Source: Bacillota bacterium
GTDB taxonomy: Bacteria; Bacillota_I; Bacilli_A; Erysipelotrichales; Erysipelotrichaceae
Direction: 5' to 3'
Assembly: GCA_023388035.1 (NCBI GenBank)
Contig: JAEWGY010000014.1
Location: 1 to 28,527 of the forward strand
DNA length: 28,527 nt
In this document: positions 17,846 through 28,527 of the stretch, piece by piece
Numbering within the stretch: the stretch's first letter is position 1
Layout: each line of letters begins with the position of its first letter
Program-made: the position numbers and the translations under genes
The notes under the pieces: generated by a model
What the model saw: only the letters and a program-made list of their open reading frames with translations
Told to the model about the DNA's origin: nothing
Databases searched by the model: none

Positions 17846-18256
17846 ATGCCTACAATTAATCAGTTAGTAAGAAAAGGTCGTCAGGCTAAAAGTTTTAAGT
17901 CTAAATCACCTGCTTTACAAAAAGGTTATAACAGCTTAAAAAGACGTCCAATAGAATTATCATCTCCACAAAAAAGAGGAGTATGTACTCGTGTTGGTAC
18001 GATGAAGCCTAAAAAACCTAACTCTGCTTTACGTAAATTCGCTCGTGTGCGTCTAAGTAACGGTGCTGAAGTAACAGCATACATCCCAGGTATTGGACAT
18101 AACTTACAAGAACACTCAGTAGTTCTTATAAGAGGTGGCCGTGTTAAAGACTTACCAGGGGTAAGATATCATATTATCCGTGGTACTTTAGACTGCGCTG
18201 GAGTAGCTAATCGTAAACAAGGTAGATCACTATATGGTGCAAAGAAACCTAAATAA
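17846..18256 (+). CDS. rpsL: 30S ribosomal protein S12
   Basis: [35 protein letters not shown]. Confidence 0.99.
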   Translation: MPTINQLVRKGRQAKSFKSKSPALQKGYNSLKRRPIELSSPQKRGVCTRVGTMKPKKPNSALRKFARVRLSNGAEVTAYIPGIGHNLQEHSVVLIRGGRVKDLPGVRYHIIRGTLDCAGVANRKQGRSLYGAKKPK

Positions 18257-18277
18257 TCAAACATGAAAGGAGAATAA

Positions 18278-18754
<477 letters not shown>

Positions 18755-18769
18755 GAAAGGGACTAAAAA

Positions 18770-20848
18770 ATGGCTCGTGAATTTAGTTTAGATAAAACAC
18801 GTAATATCGGTATCATGGCTCACATTGATGCCGGTAAAACAACAACAACTGAACGTATTCTATTTTATACTGGTAAAACTCATAAGATCGGTGAAACCCA
18901 TGATGGTGCTAGCCAAATGGACTGGATGAAGCAGGAACAAGAGCGTGGTATTACAATCACCAGTGCTGCAACAACTGCTGAATGGAAAAATCACCGTGTT
19001 AATATCATCGATACTCCAGGTCACGTTGACTTTACTGTTGAAGTAGAAAGATCACTTAGAGTATTAGATGGTGCAGTAACTGTCTTAGATGCTAAGGCTG
19101 GTGTAGAACCACAAACTGAAACAGTTTGGCGTCAGGCTACTAACTACAAAGTTCCTCGTATTGTATTCTGTAATAAGATGGATGCGACTGGAGCAGATTT
19201 TATGATGTCAGTTAGAACTATCGGTGATCGTTTAGGTGCTAAAGCTTCACCTATTCAATTACCTATTGGATCTGAAAATACCTTTAGAGGAATTATCGAT
19301 ATTGTTGAAAGAAAACAATATATGTATATGAACGATTTAGGTACTGATATTAGAGAAAGTGAAGTAGCTGATGAATTTAAAGATGAAGTAGAAACTTTAA
19401 GAGCACAGCTTGTTGAAATGGTAGCTGACTATGATGAAGAATTAATGATGAAGGTTTTAGAAGGTGAAGAACCTAGTGTTGCTGAAATTAAAGCAGCAAT
19501 TAGAAAAGGTGTTATCGCTTCTGATTTCTTCCCAGTTCTTTGTGGTAGTGCTTATAAAAATAAGGGTGTTCAATTAATGCTTGATGCAGTTATTGAATAC
19601 TTACCTTCACCACTAGATATCCCTGCAATTAAAGGTACTTTAGAGGATGGAAGTGAGGCTGAGCGTAAAGCAAGTGATGATGAACCATTTGCATCTCTTG
19701 CATTTAAGGTTATGGCTGATCCATTCGTAGGACGTTTAACTTATTTCAGAGTTTACAGTGGTAAGGCACAATCAGGTAGTTATGTATTAAACGCAACCAA
19801 AGATAAACGTGAGCGTTTTGGTCGTTTAGTTAAAATGCATGCGAATCACCGTGCTGAAATTTCTGAAGTTTATGCTGGTGATATTGCAGCTGCAGTAGGT
19901 TTAAAAGATACTACTACTGGTGATACCTTATGTGATGAAAAACATCCAATCATTCTTGAATCAATGGTTTTCCCTGAACCAGTTATTCAGATGAGTGTTG
20001 AACCTAAAACTAAGGGTGACTCAGATAAGATGGGTATTGCTCTATCGAAATTAGCTGAAGAAGATCCAACCTTTAGAACTTATACTGATGAAGAAACAGG
20101 TCAAACAATCATTGCTGGTATGGGTGAATTACACCTTGATATCATCGTTGATAGAATGCGTAGAGAATATAAGGTGGAGTGTAATATCGGTGCTCCTCAA
20201 GTTGCTTTTAGAGAAACTATCCGTGCAACTGCTGATTGTGAAGGTAAATTTGTAAGACAATCTGGTGGTCGTGGTCAATATGGTCATGTTTGGATTAAAT
20301 TTGAACCAAATGAGCCTGGTAAAGGTTTTGAATTCATCGATGCTATCGTTGGTGGTTCAGTTCCTAGAGAATATATTAAACCAACTCAAGATGGTCTAAT
20401 TGCTGCTATGAATAATGGTTTAATTGCTGGATATCCAGTTGTCGATGTTAAAGCAACCTTATTCGATGGAAGCTACCATGATGTTGACTCATCAGAAATG
20501 GCCTTCAAAGTTGCAGCAAGTTTAGCTCTTAAGGAAGCAGCTAAGAAATGTAAACCTGTACTACTAGAACCAATTATGTCTGTTGAAGTAGTTGCTCCAA
20601 CTGATTATCTTGGTGCGGTAATGGGTGATATTACTAAACGTCGTGGTCAAATTAGAGATCAAGAAGAACGTGGTAATGCTATTGTTGTTAGATCTTTTGT
20701 ACCACTTTCTGAAATGTTTGGTTATGCTACCGATTTAAGAAGCTTTACTCAAGGTAGAGGTAATTATGTAATGCAAATGGATCACTACGCTGAAGTTCCT
20801 AAGAGCATTGCTGAAACTATCGCAAAGAAAAATACTAAAGCTGAATAA
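18770..20848 (+). CDS. fusA: Elongation factor G
   Basis: [29 protein letters not shown]. Confidence 0.99.
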   Translation: MAREFSLDKTRNIGIMAHIDAGKTTTTERILFYTGKTHKIGETHDGASQMDWMKQEQERGITITSAATTAEWKNHRVNIIDTPGHVDFTVEVERSLRVLDGAVTVLDAKAGVEPQTETVWRQATNYKVPRIVFCNKMDATGADFMMSVRTIGDRLGAKASPIQLPIGSENTFRGIIDIVERKQYMYMNDLGTDIRESEVADEFKDEVETLRAQLVEMVADYDEELMMKVLEGEEPSVAEIKAAIRKGVIASDFFPVLCGSAYKNKGVQLMLDAVIEYLPSPLDIPAIKGTLEDGSEAERKASDDEPFASLAFKVMADPFVGRLTYFRVYSGKAQSGSYVLNATKDKRERFGRLVKMHANHRAEISEVYAGDIAAAVGLKDTTTGDTLCDEKHPIILESMVFPEPVIQMSVEPKTKGDSDKMGIALSKLAEEDPTFRTYTDEETGQTIIAGMGELHLDIIVDRMRREYKVECNIGAPQVAFRETIRATADCEGKFVRQSGGRGQYGHVWIKFEPNEPGKGFEFIDAIVGGSVPREYIKPTQDGLIAAMNNGLIAGYPVVDVKATLFDGSYHDVDSSEMAFKVAASLALKEAAKKCKPVLLEPIMSVEVVAPTDYLGAVMGDITKRRGQIRDQEERGNAIVVRSFVPLSEMFGYATDLRSFTQGRGNYVMQMDHYAEVPKSIAETIAKKNTKAE

Positions 20849-20854
20849 AAATAA

Positions 20855-20883
20855 TTGATTAATTTGTTATTTTAATTTAAAAT
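20855..20883 (+). promoter_or_regulatory. Internal tuf promoter
   Basis: TTGATT (20855-20860), 17-bp spacer, TAAAAT (20878-20883) in the fusA-tuf spacer. Confidence 0.6.
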
Positions 20884-20914
20884 AAAATAGATAAAAATAG
20901 GAGGATTTTTGCAA

Positions 20915-22099
20915 ATGGCAAAGGAAAAATTTGATAAATCGAAAACCCATGTCAATATTGGTACAATCGGCCACGTTGACCATGGTAAAACAACTTTAAC
21001 AGCTGCTATTACTCTTCACCTATCTAAACAAGGTATGGCTGAAGCTAAGGCTTATGACCAAATCGATGGTGCACCTGAAGAAAAAGCTCGTGGTATCACT
21101 ATTAACACTGCACACGTTGAATACCAAACAGCTAATAGACACTATGCTCACGTTGACTGCCCAGGACACGCTGACTATGTTAAGAACATGATCACTGGTG
21201 CTGCGCAAATGGATGGTGCTATTCTTGTTGTTGCTGCAACTGACGGTCCTATGCCACAAACTCGTGAACACATTCTTCTTTCAAGACAAGTTGGTGTTCC
21301 ATACATCGTTGTATTCTTAAACAAATGTGATATGGTTGATGATGCTGAGTTAATCGACTTAGTTGAAATGGAAGTTAGAGAAATCTTAAGTGAATATGGC
21401 TTTGATGGTGATAATACACCTATCATCCGTGGTTCAGCTCTTAAAGCATTAGAAGGTGATCCAGCTTGGGAATCTAAGATTGATGAATTAATGGAAGCTG
21501 TAGATACATATATCCCTGCTCCAACTCGTGATATCGATAAACCTTTCTTAATGTCAGTTGAAGACGTATTTACAATTACTGGTCGTGGTACAGTTGCTAC
21601 TGGTCGTGTAGAACGTGGTCAATTAAAACTTGGTGAAGAAGTTGAAATCGTTGGTTTACAAGAAACTAAGAAAACTGTAGTTACTGGTATTGAAATGTTC
21701 AGAAAGCTTCTTGATGTTGCTGAAGCTGGTGATAATATTGGTGCTTTACTTCGTGGTGTTAACCGTGACCAAGTAGAAAGAGGTCAAGTACTTGCTAAAC
21801 CTGGAACTGTTACTCCACATACTAAATTCAAAGCACAAGTAGTTATCTTAACTAAAGAAGAAGGTGGTAGACATACAGCATTCGTTTCTAACTACCGTCC
21901 TCAATTCTATTTCAGAACTACTGACGTTACTGGTGTTATTACTCTTCCTGAAGGAGTTGAAATGGTAATGCCTGGTGACCACGTAGAAATGACTGTTGAA
22001 CTTATCGCTCCTATCGCAGTAGAAAATGGTACTAAATTCTCTATTCGTGAAGGTGGTAGAACAGTTGGTTCTGGTTCAGTTACTGAAATCCTTGCTTAA
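20915..22099 (+). CDS. tuf: Elongation factor Tu
   Basis: [26 protein letters not shown]. Start is ATG 20915 after AGGAGG. Confidence 0.99.
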   Translation: MAKEKFDKSKTHVNIGTIGHVDHGKTTLTAAITLHLSKQGMAEAKAYDQIDGAPEEKARGITINTAHVEYQTANRHYAHVDCPGHADYVKNMITGAAQMDGAILVVAATDGPMPQTREHILLSRQVGVPYIVVFLNKCDMVDDAELIDLVEMEVREILSEYGFDGDNTPIIRGSALKALEGDPAWESKIDELMEAVDTYIPAPTRDIDKPFLMSVEDVFTITGRGTVATGRVERGQLKLGEEVEIVGLQETKKTVVTGIEMFRKLLDVAEAGDNIGALLRGVNRDQVERGQVLAKPGTVTPHTKFKAQVVILTKEEGGRHTAFVSNYRPQFYFRTTDVTGVITLPEGVEMVMPGDHVEMTVELIAPIAVENGTKFSIREGGRTVGSGSVTEILA

Positions 22100-22110
22100 T
22101 TACTAAAATT

Positions 22111-22138
22111 AAAACTCTGCTCAAAGCAGAGTTTTTTT
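22111..22138 (+). terminator. Intrinsic terminator after tuf
   Basis: AAAACTCTGCT-caa-AGCAGAGTTTT continuing into a T-run. Confidence 0.9.
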
Positions 22139-22140
22139 AT

Positions 22141-22170
22141 TAAATAAGCTCATCTAAGTGAGCTTATTTA
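22141..22170 (-). terminator. Second hairpin, probably the terminator of the convergent membrane-protein gene
   Basis: TAAATAAGCTCA-tctaag-TGAGCTTATTTA, a 12-bp stem. Confidence 0.7.
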
Positions 22171-22196
22171 TTATGATAAAGAATTTTAAGTTATTA

Positions 22197-23006
22197 TTAG
22201 AAACTAATTTTAAATGAAAGTACGAAGAATAAAAAGCATAAAAATTGAATTAAACCGATAAAAAAGCTATATTTAATTACTTTTAAGGTTAACTTTATGT
22301 GAGAGTAATTATTAAAGCTATTTAAGCGAACTATTAGTAAAGACATATGATAACAATTAAATACTATTTGTAAAATCGCCAAAATTATATAACCCAAAGA
22401 TCCTGTAATAGCAAATAATAGAATTACTAAGGTATAGAATAAAGCATATAGTACAGAGAATTTTTCAAATTCTAAGCTGTTAAATTTATCTTGTTTATTC
22501 TTTTTAATTAAGCTTAAAAATAATGCTGGTATTAGTGATAATGATGATATAAATAATAATGTCTGAATAAAACCAACTGTTAATTTAGGTCCTGAGAAAT
22601 TAAATGAATAAGTAGAATTTAAATTACCAAAAATACTTTCCATATTTACTTTATTAACACTATAATTAAATGATTGAAAAAATGAAGAAATTTTATTTAC
22701 TAAAGCCATCACAATTACAGTTGATAGAACGATAGAAATGGCAATGATAATTCTAATAATTAATCTTGAATTAGGATTAAGATTTTTTAATTCTTTATTT
22801 GGATTAAAAAAGAAATCTTTAAGTAGTTCTAAGATCGAATTATCACTAGGTTTATTATCGTTATTCGCATTAAGATTTACGCTAGTTACTTCTAAATTAG
22901 ATACCGGTTCATCATTTGGTAAAGCTTGAGCTTTTTCTTCTTTACTTTCTTCTTGTTTTTCTTCCTTATTTTCTAATAACTCATTATTTTCATTTTCATT
23001 TATCAT
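22197..23006 (-). CDS. Hypothetical multi-pass membrane protein (Yip1-like topology) with acidic N-terminus
   Basis: AGGAGG RBS, low-complexity Glu/Asn-rich N-terminus, FFFNP, then about five hydrophobic segments. Confidence 0.7.
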   Translation of the reverse strand: MINENENNELLENKEEKQEESKEEKAQALPNDEPVSNLEVTSVNLNANNDNKPSDNSILELLKDFFFNPNKELKNLNPNSRLIIRIIIAISIVLSTVIVMALVNKISSFFQSFNYSVNKVNMESIFGNLNSTYSFNFSGPKLTVGFIQTLLFISSLSLIPALFLSLIKKNKQDKFNSLEFEKFSVLYALFYTLVILLFAITGSLGYIILAILQIVFNCYHMSLLIVRLNSFNNYSHIKLTLKVIKYSFFIGLIQFLCFLFFVLSFKISF

Positions 23007-23125
23007 AATTACCTCCTTTTTTATATTATACTTTAAAATGAAATTATTTAAAATTAAAATATTTATTATTTTTTAACAAATTACTTTGATGATTTTTATA
23101 AGCTTATTTAAGTTATAATAGTACT

Positions 23126-23491
23126 ATGAAAATAATAGTTGATTCCTTAACGGGAATGGGATTAAAATTTGCTAAAAGTTTAAATTATCCGATAATTGAT
23201 ATTAATAATTATGATGTTAAAGATTTAGATGATGATCTTTTTTTAGTAACCCGCTGTTTTAATTTTGGTGAAATTCCAAAATCAACTATCGATTTTTTAG
23301 AATTATATCATACTAAAGTAATAGGTGTAGCTTGTGGTGGTAATCGTAATTGGGGAACTAATTACGGTATAGCAGGTGATAAAATTCAAGAAATTTATAA
23401 CATTCCTCATGTTACTAAATTTGAAGCTGCAGGTTTCCCTAATGAAAGAGAAAAAGTAAAATTATTTTTGGCTAATTACGAAAGGAAGTAA
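23126..23491 (+). CDS. nrdI: Class Ib RNR flavodoxin NrdI
   Basis: DSLTG, FGEIP, GGNRNWG and KFE, directly upstream of nrdE. Confidence 0.92.
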   Translation: MKIIVDSLTGMGLKFAKSLNYPIIDINNYDVKDLDDDLFLVTRCFNFGEIPKSTIDFLELYHTKVIGVACGGNRNWGTNYGIAGDKIQEIYNIPHVTKFEAAGFPNEREKVKLFLANYERK

Positions 23492-23492
23492 G

Positions 23493-25601
23493 ATGGAAAA
23501 TATTATTGAAACAAAGATTCCTGAATGGATTTTACTAAACAATCAAATAATTGATGAAAATGGTCTTATTAAAGATCTTTCTAAAGATAAAGAAGCTGTT
23601 TATAGTTACTTTGTTAATGAGGTAAATAAAAGAACTCAGTTTTTTCATTCCTTAAAAGAAAAATTAAATTATTTAATTAACAATGATTATTATGAAAAAG
23701 AATTTTTAGATAAATATAGTTTTGATGATATCAAAACCGTCTTCAAAAGAGCTTATAGTTACAAATTTCGCTTTCCAAGTTATATGGGGGCTTTTAAATT
23801 TTATAATGACTATGCACTAAAAAGTAATGATAAAAGAGTTTTTCTAGAACGTTATGAAGATCGCCTTTCAATCTGTGCTCTTTATCATAGTGATGGTGAC
23901 ACTCAGAAAGCTCTTGATATGGTTGATCGCTTAATCCAACAAGATTTCACCCCTGCTACCCCTACTCTTTTAAATACTGGTAGAAAAAAACGAGGTGAAT
24001 TTGTTTCTTGCTTCTTATTAGAATTAGGTGATTCAATGAATGATATCGCTAGGGTTTTAGAATTTTCAATGCAGCTATCTAAAATAGGTGGTGGTGTATC
24101 GATTAATCTTACAAATCTTAGAGCTAAAGGTGAACCAATAAAAGGAGTTAAGAATGTCGCAAAGGGCGTAGTAGGTGTTTGTAAATTACTTGATAATGCC
24201 TTTAGATATGCTGATCAAATGGGACAAAGACCAGGAGCTGGAGCTACTTATTTAAATATCTTTCATGCTGATATTGAAGATTTTTTAAATACTAAAAAAC
24301 TTAATGCCGATGATGATATCAGAGTTAAAACACTTTCGATGGGAGTAGTTATTCCTGATAAATTTATTGAATTAGCCAGAGAAGATCGTGATATGTATGT
24401 ATTTTACCCCTACTCTGTTTCACAGGTTTATAATAAACCTTTCAGTGATATTGCTGTAGAAATTGACAAATACTACGATGAGATGGTTGAGAATCCTAAT
24501 ATCATGAAGCGTAAAATAAACCCTCGTAAACTTTTAGATGCGATCGCTTCTTTACAAGGTGAATCTGGTTATCCTTATATTATGTATTGTGATAATGTAA
24601 ATAAAGCCAATCCTTTAGGTCAAAAGGTTAAATTCTCAAATTTATGCTCGGAAATACTTCAACCTTCTACCTTAAGTGTTTATGCTGACTATGATAAACG
24701 TGAAAATGATGTAATTGGTAGTGATATATCTTGTAATTTATCAAGTGGTAATATGGCTAATATGATTAAGCATAATTCAATTAAGGAAACTGTTTTTATG
24801 GCTATGGATTTAATGAATTCAGTTGCTACTAAAACTAACATTAACTATGTACCAAGTATTGCTAAGACAAATAAGGAAACTAGATCAGTAGGTTTTGGTA
24901 TTATGAATCATCATGGTTTTATTGCTGAAAATTTTATTGAATATGGTTCTAAAGAAGATTTAGATTTAATCGATGTTTTCTTTAATATGATCAATTATTA
25001 TTCACTAGAACATTCAATGTTAAAAGCTAAGGAAACAAAAGAAATCTTTAAAGGTTTTTATGAATCCAAATATGCTGATGGTTCTTATTTTACAAATCGT
25101 AAAGCTATCTATCCAAAAACTGATAAAATCAAAGAAATTTTCAAGGATATTTATATACCTAGCGACGAAGATTGGGAAAAACTTAAAAATGATGTAATGC
25201 TTTATGGTTTATATAATTCTCATCGTTTAGCAGTAGCACCTAATGGTTCAATCGCTTATGTGATGAGTGCTACACCTTCAATAACACCAATTAAGCAGTT
25301 AATCGAAGAAAGAACCTATGGTAATTCTAAGACATATTTCCCAATGCCAGCTTTAAATGAAGCAATGTTTATGTATGAAACTGCATATAAAATGGATAAA
25401 TATAAAATAATTGATGTTATCGCAACTGCCAGCAAGCATGTAGATCAAGGTATCAGTTTTGAATTATGTATAACTTCTGATATAACTACTAGAGAATTAC
25501 AAAGATATTACTTATACGCACACTATCAAGGAATTAAAACCTTATATTATACAAGAACACAAAAATTAAAAGTTACCGAATGTGAAAGCTGTGCTATATA
25601 G
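23493..25601 (+). CDS. nrdE: Class Ib ribonucleotide reductase alpha subunit
   Basis: No ATP cone. PATPTLLNTG, VSCF, SNLCSE, SCNL, APNGS, KTLYY and a C-terminal CESC. Confidence 0.97.
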   Translation: MENIIETKIPEWILLNNQIIDENGLIKDLSKDKEAVYSYFVNEVNKRTQFFHSLKEKLNYLINNDYYEKEFLDKYSFDDIKTVFKRAYSYKFRFPSYMGAFKFYNDYALKSNDKRVFLERYEDRLSICALYHSDGDTQKALDMVDRLIQQDFTPATPTLLNTGRKKRGEFVSCFLLELGDSMNDIARVLEFSMQLSKIGGGVSINLTNLRAKGEPIKGVKNVAKGVVGVCKLLDNAFRYADQMGQRPGAGATYLNIFHADIEDFLNTKKLNADDDIRVKTLSMGVVIPDKFIELAREDRDMYVFYPYSVSQVYNKPFSDIAVEIDKYYDEMVENPNIMKRKINPRKLLDAIASLQGESGYPYIMYCDNVNKANPLGQKVKFSNLCSEILQPSTLSVYADYDKRENDVIGSDISCNLSSGNMANMIKHNSIKETVFMAMDLMNSVATKTNINYVPSIAKTNKETRSVGFGIMNHHGFIAENFIEYGSKEDLDLIDVFFNMINYYSLEHSMLKAKETKEIFKGFYESKYADGSYFTNRKAIYPKTDKIKEIFKDIYIPSDEDWEKLKNDVMLYGLYNSHRLAVAPNGSIAYVMSATPSITPIKQLIEERTYGNSKTYFPMPALNEAMFMYETAYKMDKYKIIDVIATASKHVDQGISFELCITSDITTRELQRYYLYAHYQGIKTLYYTRTQKLKVTECESCAI

Positions 25602-25610
25602 GAGGGATAA

Positions 25611-26657
25611 ATGATTAAACAATATACAGGTGCTAATTGGAATGAACATGAAGATACCTACACTCAAAATTTCTATGAACAAAATCTTTCTCAATTCTGG
25701 CGACCAGAAGATATTTCTTTACAGCCTGACCTAATAGTTTGGTCATCTTTACCAGCTAATGTACAAGATGCTTATGCTAAAAATTTACTCATTCTTACTT
25801 TTTTAGATACTTATCAAGGTGATATTGGGATGCCGGTAGTATCAAGATCAATGAATGAATTAGATAATCATCAAAGAAAATCAGTTATCAATTTTATGGC
25901 TGCAATGGAAAATGCTGTTCATGCAAAATCGTATTCAAATATCTTTATGACTTATTTAAAAAATGAAGAGATAAATGAATTATATGAATGGGGTAATAAT
26001 AATAAAAATTTACAAAAAATGATGGATATTATTGTAGGTTATTATCGTCATTTAGATATCCTTAATTATCATCGTAATTATCGCAATCTATCCGATTTTA
26101 ATGAGGAAGAATTTGAGATCGCTAAATGGAAGGCGATGGTAACTTCAGTATTTCTTGAAACTTGTTTATTTTACAGTGGCTTTTATTACCCATTATACTT
26201 CTATGGTCAAGGTAAATTAATGCAGGCTGGTGAAATAATCAATTTAATCCTTAGAGACGAATCAATTCATGGATTATATATCGGTAAAATTGCTCAAGAA
26301 ATCTTTGAACAGTTTAAAAGTGAGAAACAAGATGAACTTTCTAAATGGTGTCATGATTTATTATTAGAGTTATATAATCTTCAATTACAATTAGTTGAAG
26401 AGGTTTATGATCAAGTGAATCTAAGTCATGATGTTAAAATATTTGTTAGATATAATGCTAATAAGGCTTTAATGAATTTAGGGTTTGAACCATTTTTCGA
26501 ATATGAAGAAGTTAATCCAGTAGTTCTAAATGGATTAAATACTGAAACTAAGACGATGGATAATTTCTCAATGAAGGGTAATGGTTATCAAAAGATGAAA
26601 TCAGAAGCCTTAAAAGATGAAGATTTCTATTTTAATAAAGAGAAAATTGGAGGTTAA
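25611..26657 (+). CDS. nrdF: Class Ib ribonucleotide reductase beta subunit
   Basis: [27 protein letters not shown] and RDESIHG. All six metal ligands and the radical Tyr are present. Confidence 0.97.
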   Translation: MIKQYTGANWNEHEDTYTQNFYEQNLSQFWRPEDISLQPDLIVWSSLPANVQDAYAKNLLILTFLDTYQGDIGMPVVSRSMNELDNHQRKSVINFMAAMENAVHAKSYSNIFMTYLKNEEINELYEWGNNNKNLQKMMDIIVGYYRHLDILNYHRNYRNLSDFNEEEFEIAKWKAMVTSVFLETCLFYSGFYYPLYFYGQGKLMQAGEIINLILRDESIHGLYIGKIAQEIFEQFKSEKQDELSKWCHDLLLELYNLQLQLVEEVYDQVNLSHDVKIFVRYNANKALMNLGFEPFFEYEEVNPVVLNGLNTETKTMDNFSMKGNGYQKMKSEALKDEDFYFNKEKIGG

Positions 26658-26903
26658 ATGATTTATTTTTTAACACAAGATAATTGTCCTAAGTGTGTAG
26701 CTTTAAAAAATTATATCGAAAAAGCTTTAGGAACCACTTATTTAAATAAAATAAGTTTTATCCATCGTGATCATGATAGTGCATTATTTAATGAATTAGT
26801 TTCAAAATTTAATATTATGGCAACTCCTTGTTTAATAGCTGGGGATGATATTTTAAGAAATCCTGATTTAAGTAATACAAGAGATTTTTTAGATCAACAT
26901 TAA
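26658..26903 (+). CDS. Glutaredoxin/thioredoxin-fold redoxin (NrdH-like)
   Basis: 81 aa with CPKC and the ATP (cis-Pro) motif. Abuts the nrdF stop, with a GGAGG RBS inside nrdF. Confidence 0.85.
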   Translation: MIYFLTQDNCPKCVALKNYIEKALGTTYLNKISFIHRDHDSALFNELVSKFNIMATPCLIAGDDILRNPDLSNTRDFLDQH

Positions 26904-26918
26904 TTTAAATCCAATTTT

Positions 26919-26967
26919 AAACTTTAAATTATCTAAGATTATTAATATGATAATTTAAAGTTTTTTT
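26919..26967 (+). terminator. AT-rich terminator after the nrd operon
   Basis: AAACTTTAAATTATC (26919-26933) pairs with GATAATTTAAAGTTT (26949-26963), followed by a T-run. Confidence 0.65.
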
Positions 26968-27002
26968 ATATTGAGTTATTATCTTTTATGTTATACTTTG
27001 AG

Positions 27003-27119
27003 TGTAAAGCTATATCATTAATTTTATTTTAAGCTAAACTAAAGGAGTGTGTATGAATATTATAATACATCAATAAATAATATCTATTAATTATTTTTAT
27101 TTTTAAATATAGCTTTACA
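27003..27119. repeat. 13-bp perfect inverted repeat bracketing a 91-bp segment
   Basis: TGTAAAGCTATAT (27003-27015) and ATATAGCTTTACA (27107-27119). Confidence 0.8.
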
Positions 27120-27136
27120 ATAATAAGGGGGTGTTT

Positions 27137-27232
27137 ATGAAAAATAAATTGATAAAGAGTTTTTGTTTAACTTTTGCTATTAGTTATATAGTTGAATATG
27201 GACGATGCTTATTTGAGGAAGGTGTTAGATGA
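27137..27232 (+). CDS. 31-aa small ORF (peptide or gene remnant)
   Basis: AAGGGGGTG RBS. Translates MKNKLIKSFCLTFAISYIVEYGRCLFEEGVR and has an ATGA overlap with the next ORF. Confidence 0.5.
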   Translation: MKNKLIKSFCLTFAISYIVEYGRCLFEEGVR

Positions 27233-27447
27233 TTAAAATAGCTTGCTATTATACCCTTTTAATTGGTATCCTTTGCACAGGAACAGTAGTTTCTCGTGCT
27301 ATAGATAATGGAATCCTAAGTATTTTTGATATAAAATATATAATATTCCTGATATTAGGCTTAGGTGGATATATTATCAGTGCTTTTCTTAGAGATATCA
27401 ATGAAAAACTAGAAAAAAATAATATTAATATAAATAAAAACTCTTAA
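27229..27447 (+). CDS. Small hypothetical membrane protein (2 TM)
   Basis: 72 aa, GAGGAAGG RBS, two hydrophobic segments and a charged tail. Confidence 0.65.
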   Translation: MIKIACYYTLLIGILCTGTVVSRAIDNGILSIFDIKYIIFLILGLGGYIISAFLRDINEKLEKNNININKNS

Positions 27448-27467
27448 ACTAAGTTTAAGAGTTTTTT
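27436..27467. terminator. Bidirectional terminator formed from the 3' ends of two convergent genes
   Basis: AAAAACTCTTAAACT-a-AGTTTAAGAGTTTTT (15+1+15), containing both stop codons. Confidence 0.75.
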
Positions 27468-28297
27468 AATTCTCGATAACGATATAAAATATCAATCCAA
27501 TCAGTTTGTATCGCATTGATGCCTAATTCAATTAATTTATCCCAAGTTTTATCAAATCCTTCTAAGAGAACTTTTTCATCACTAATGCTTCCGAATAAAT
27601 GAGTTTTATCATCAAGATTCATCGTATTACCTAAAAGCATAAATTGCTTATTATTTTTATACTTATCCATGATTTGATGATTAATAATTTTATATTCATC
27701 ACTATTTTCAATAACTTCAAATCCAACAAGATTTATATTTGGATATTCTTCAATAAGTTTAATTTCTTCAATACTTTTAACTATTGGAAAATACATGTAT
27801 TTAGTTTTATGATTATTTAATTTTTCAAGATATTCTTTTTTAACAGGTGATTTAAATAAAATATTCTCATGTAAATCTTTATAATCATCAAAATATTCTA
27901 ATAATTCATCCCAATACCACCAAGAACGGTCAATATTGATTAAAATATCTTTAGGTATAATATTAAGGTAGGATTCTAAAGTTTCAACTTTTTTATTAAT
28001 CTTTTCGCCTATCTCATTATAAAAGGTTAGTTCTTCAATTTCCTGAGAAGTCATTTTCTTAATATTTTTTCTTTTACCTAAAAGTCTTTTTTCATTGCCG
28101 TCATGAAACATATAATATTTACCATCAAGACTTTTGATTACATCAGCTTCGATAATATCAGCTTTCTGTAATCTCGCAACTTTTGCCGCTTCACTAGTAT
28201 TTTCGATAATACTAGCTGCACTACCTCCTCGATGGGCGATTATTAATAATTTTTTATTTGAAAGTTCATTTAAAAATTTACTATTAATATTTCTCAT
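27455..28297 (-). CDS. Glycerophosphodiester phosphodiesterase (GDPD family)
   Basis: IIAHRG, IENT, IEADV, MFHD and GINAIQTD. Confidence 0.92.
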   Translation of the reverse strand: MRNINSKFLNELSNKKLLIIAHRGGSAASIIENTSEAAKVARLQKADIIEADVIKSLDGKYYMFHDGNEKRLLGKRKNIKKMTSQEIEELTFYNEIGEKINKKVETLESYLNIIPKDILINIDRSWWYWDELLEYFDDYKDLHENILFKSPVKKEYLEKLNNHKTKYMYFPIVKSIEEIKLIEEYPNINLVGFEVIENSDEYKIINHQIMDKYKNNKQFMLLGNTMNLDDKTHLFGSISDEKVLLEGFDKTWDKLIELGINAIQTDWIDILYRYRELKNS

Positions 28298-28527
28298 TTA
28301 AACCACCTTTTTTAAATAATCTTTTAATCTTATTCTTACCATCTCCATAAACAAAGAAGAATACTAAGATATTAATAAGAACAAGAAGTACAGTATAAAC
28401 AAAATTCAATGCAATACCTTGCGGACCAATATCTGGATTAGTATTTTCACGGATTACGACACCAATTGGTTTTGCTGCTGGATTATACAAGAAAACAGAT
28501 AAATCGTAGTCACCTAATTTACCATTA
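28284..28527 (-). CDS. C-terminus of an ABC transporter permease (5' part outside the window)
   Basis: The frame is open to the window edge: NGKLGDYDLSVFLYNPAAKPIGVVI...ALNFVYTVLLVLINILVFFFVY. It resembles the end of FbpB/PotB-type permeases and overlaps the GDPD start. Confidence 0.65.
   Translation of the reverse strand, partial: NGKLGDYDLSVFLYNPAAKPIGVVIRENTNPDIGPQGIALNFVYTVLLVLINILVFFFVYGDGKNKIKRLFKKGGLNEKY

Noticed and set aside
17846..18256. Streptomycin-resistance alleles in rpsL
   Set aside because: The PKKPNSA and RVKDLPG lysines are intact.
25611..26657. Possible metal-free class Ie RNR beta subunit
   Set aside because: All six canonical metal ligands (D, E, H, E, E, H) are present, with no QSK/VPK-type substitutions.
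23493..26657. Introns or inteins in nrdE/nrdF
   Set aside because: The frames are continuous and of ordinary length.

Overview
AT-rich chromosomal window from a walled, low-GC Firmicute using the standard genetic code. The rpsD and EF-Tu sequences look Erysipelotrichales-like, which is my inference. Housekeeping content: a Na/Pi cotransporter (cut by the left edge), rpsD with a consensus sigma-A promoter and structured leader, gmk, rqcH, rluB, pgi, rpsL-rpsG-fusA-tuf, a class Ib ribonucleotide reductase operon (nrdI-nrdE-nrdF plus a CxxC redoxin), and a GDPD gene behind an ABC permease (cut by the right edge). The most notable element is a compact, non-canonical type VII secretion (WXG100) cluster on the minus strand at 8703-14725. 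It encodes two WXG100 proteins, a 598-aa Ig-domain lipoprotein, a shortened EssC with only one intact Walker A, and an EsaB/YukD-like protein. No EsaA, EssA, EssB or LXG toxin genes are in the window. The cluster lies between a SorC-family regulator and a membrane-anchored GH73-like cell-wall hydrolase. Also seen: several genes that look leaderless, and a small-ORF locus near 27 kb with a 13-bp inverted repeat. All calls come from reading motifs by eye; no database searches were run.
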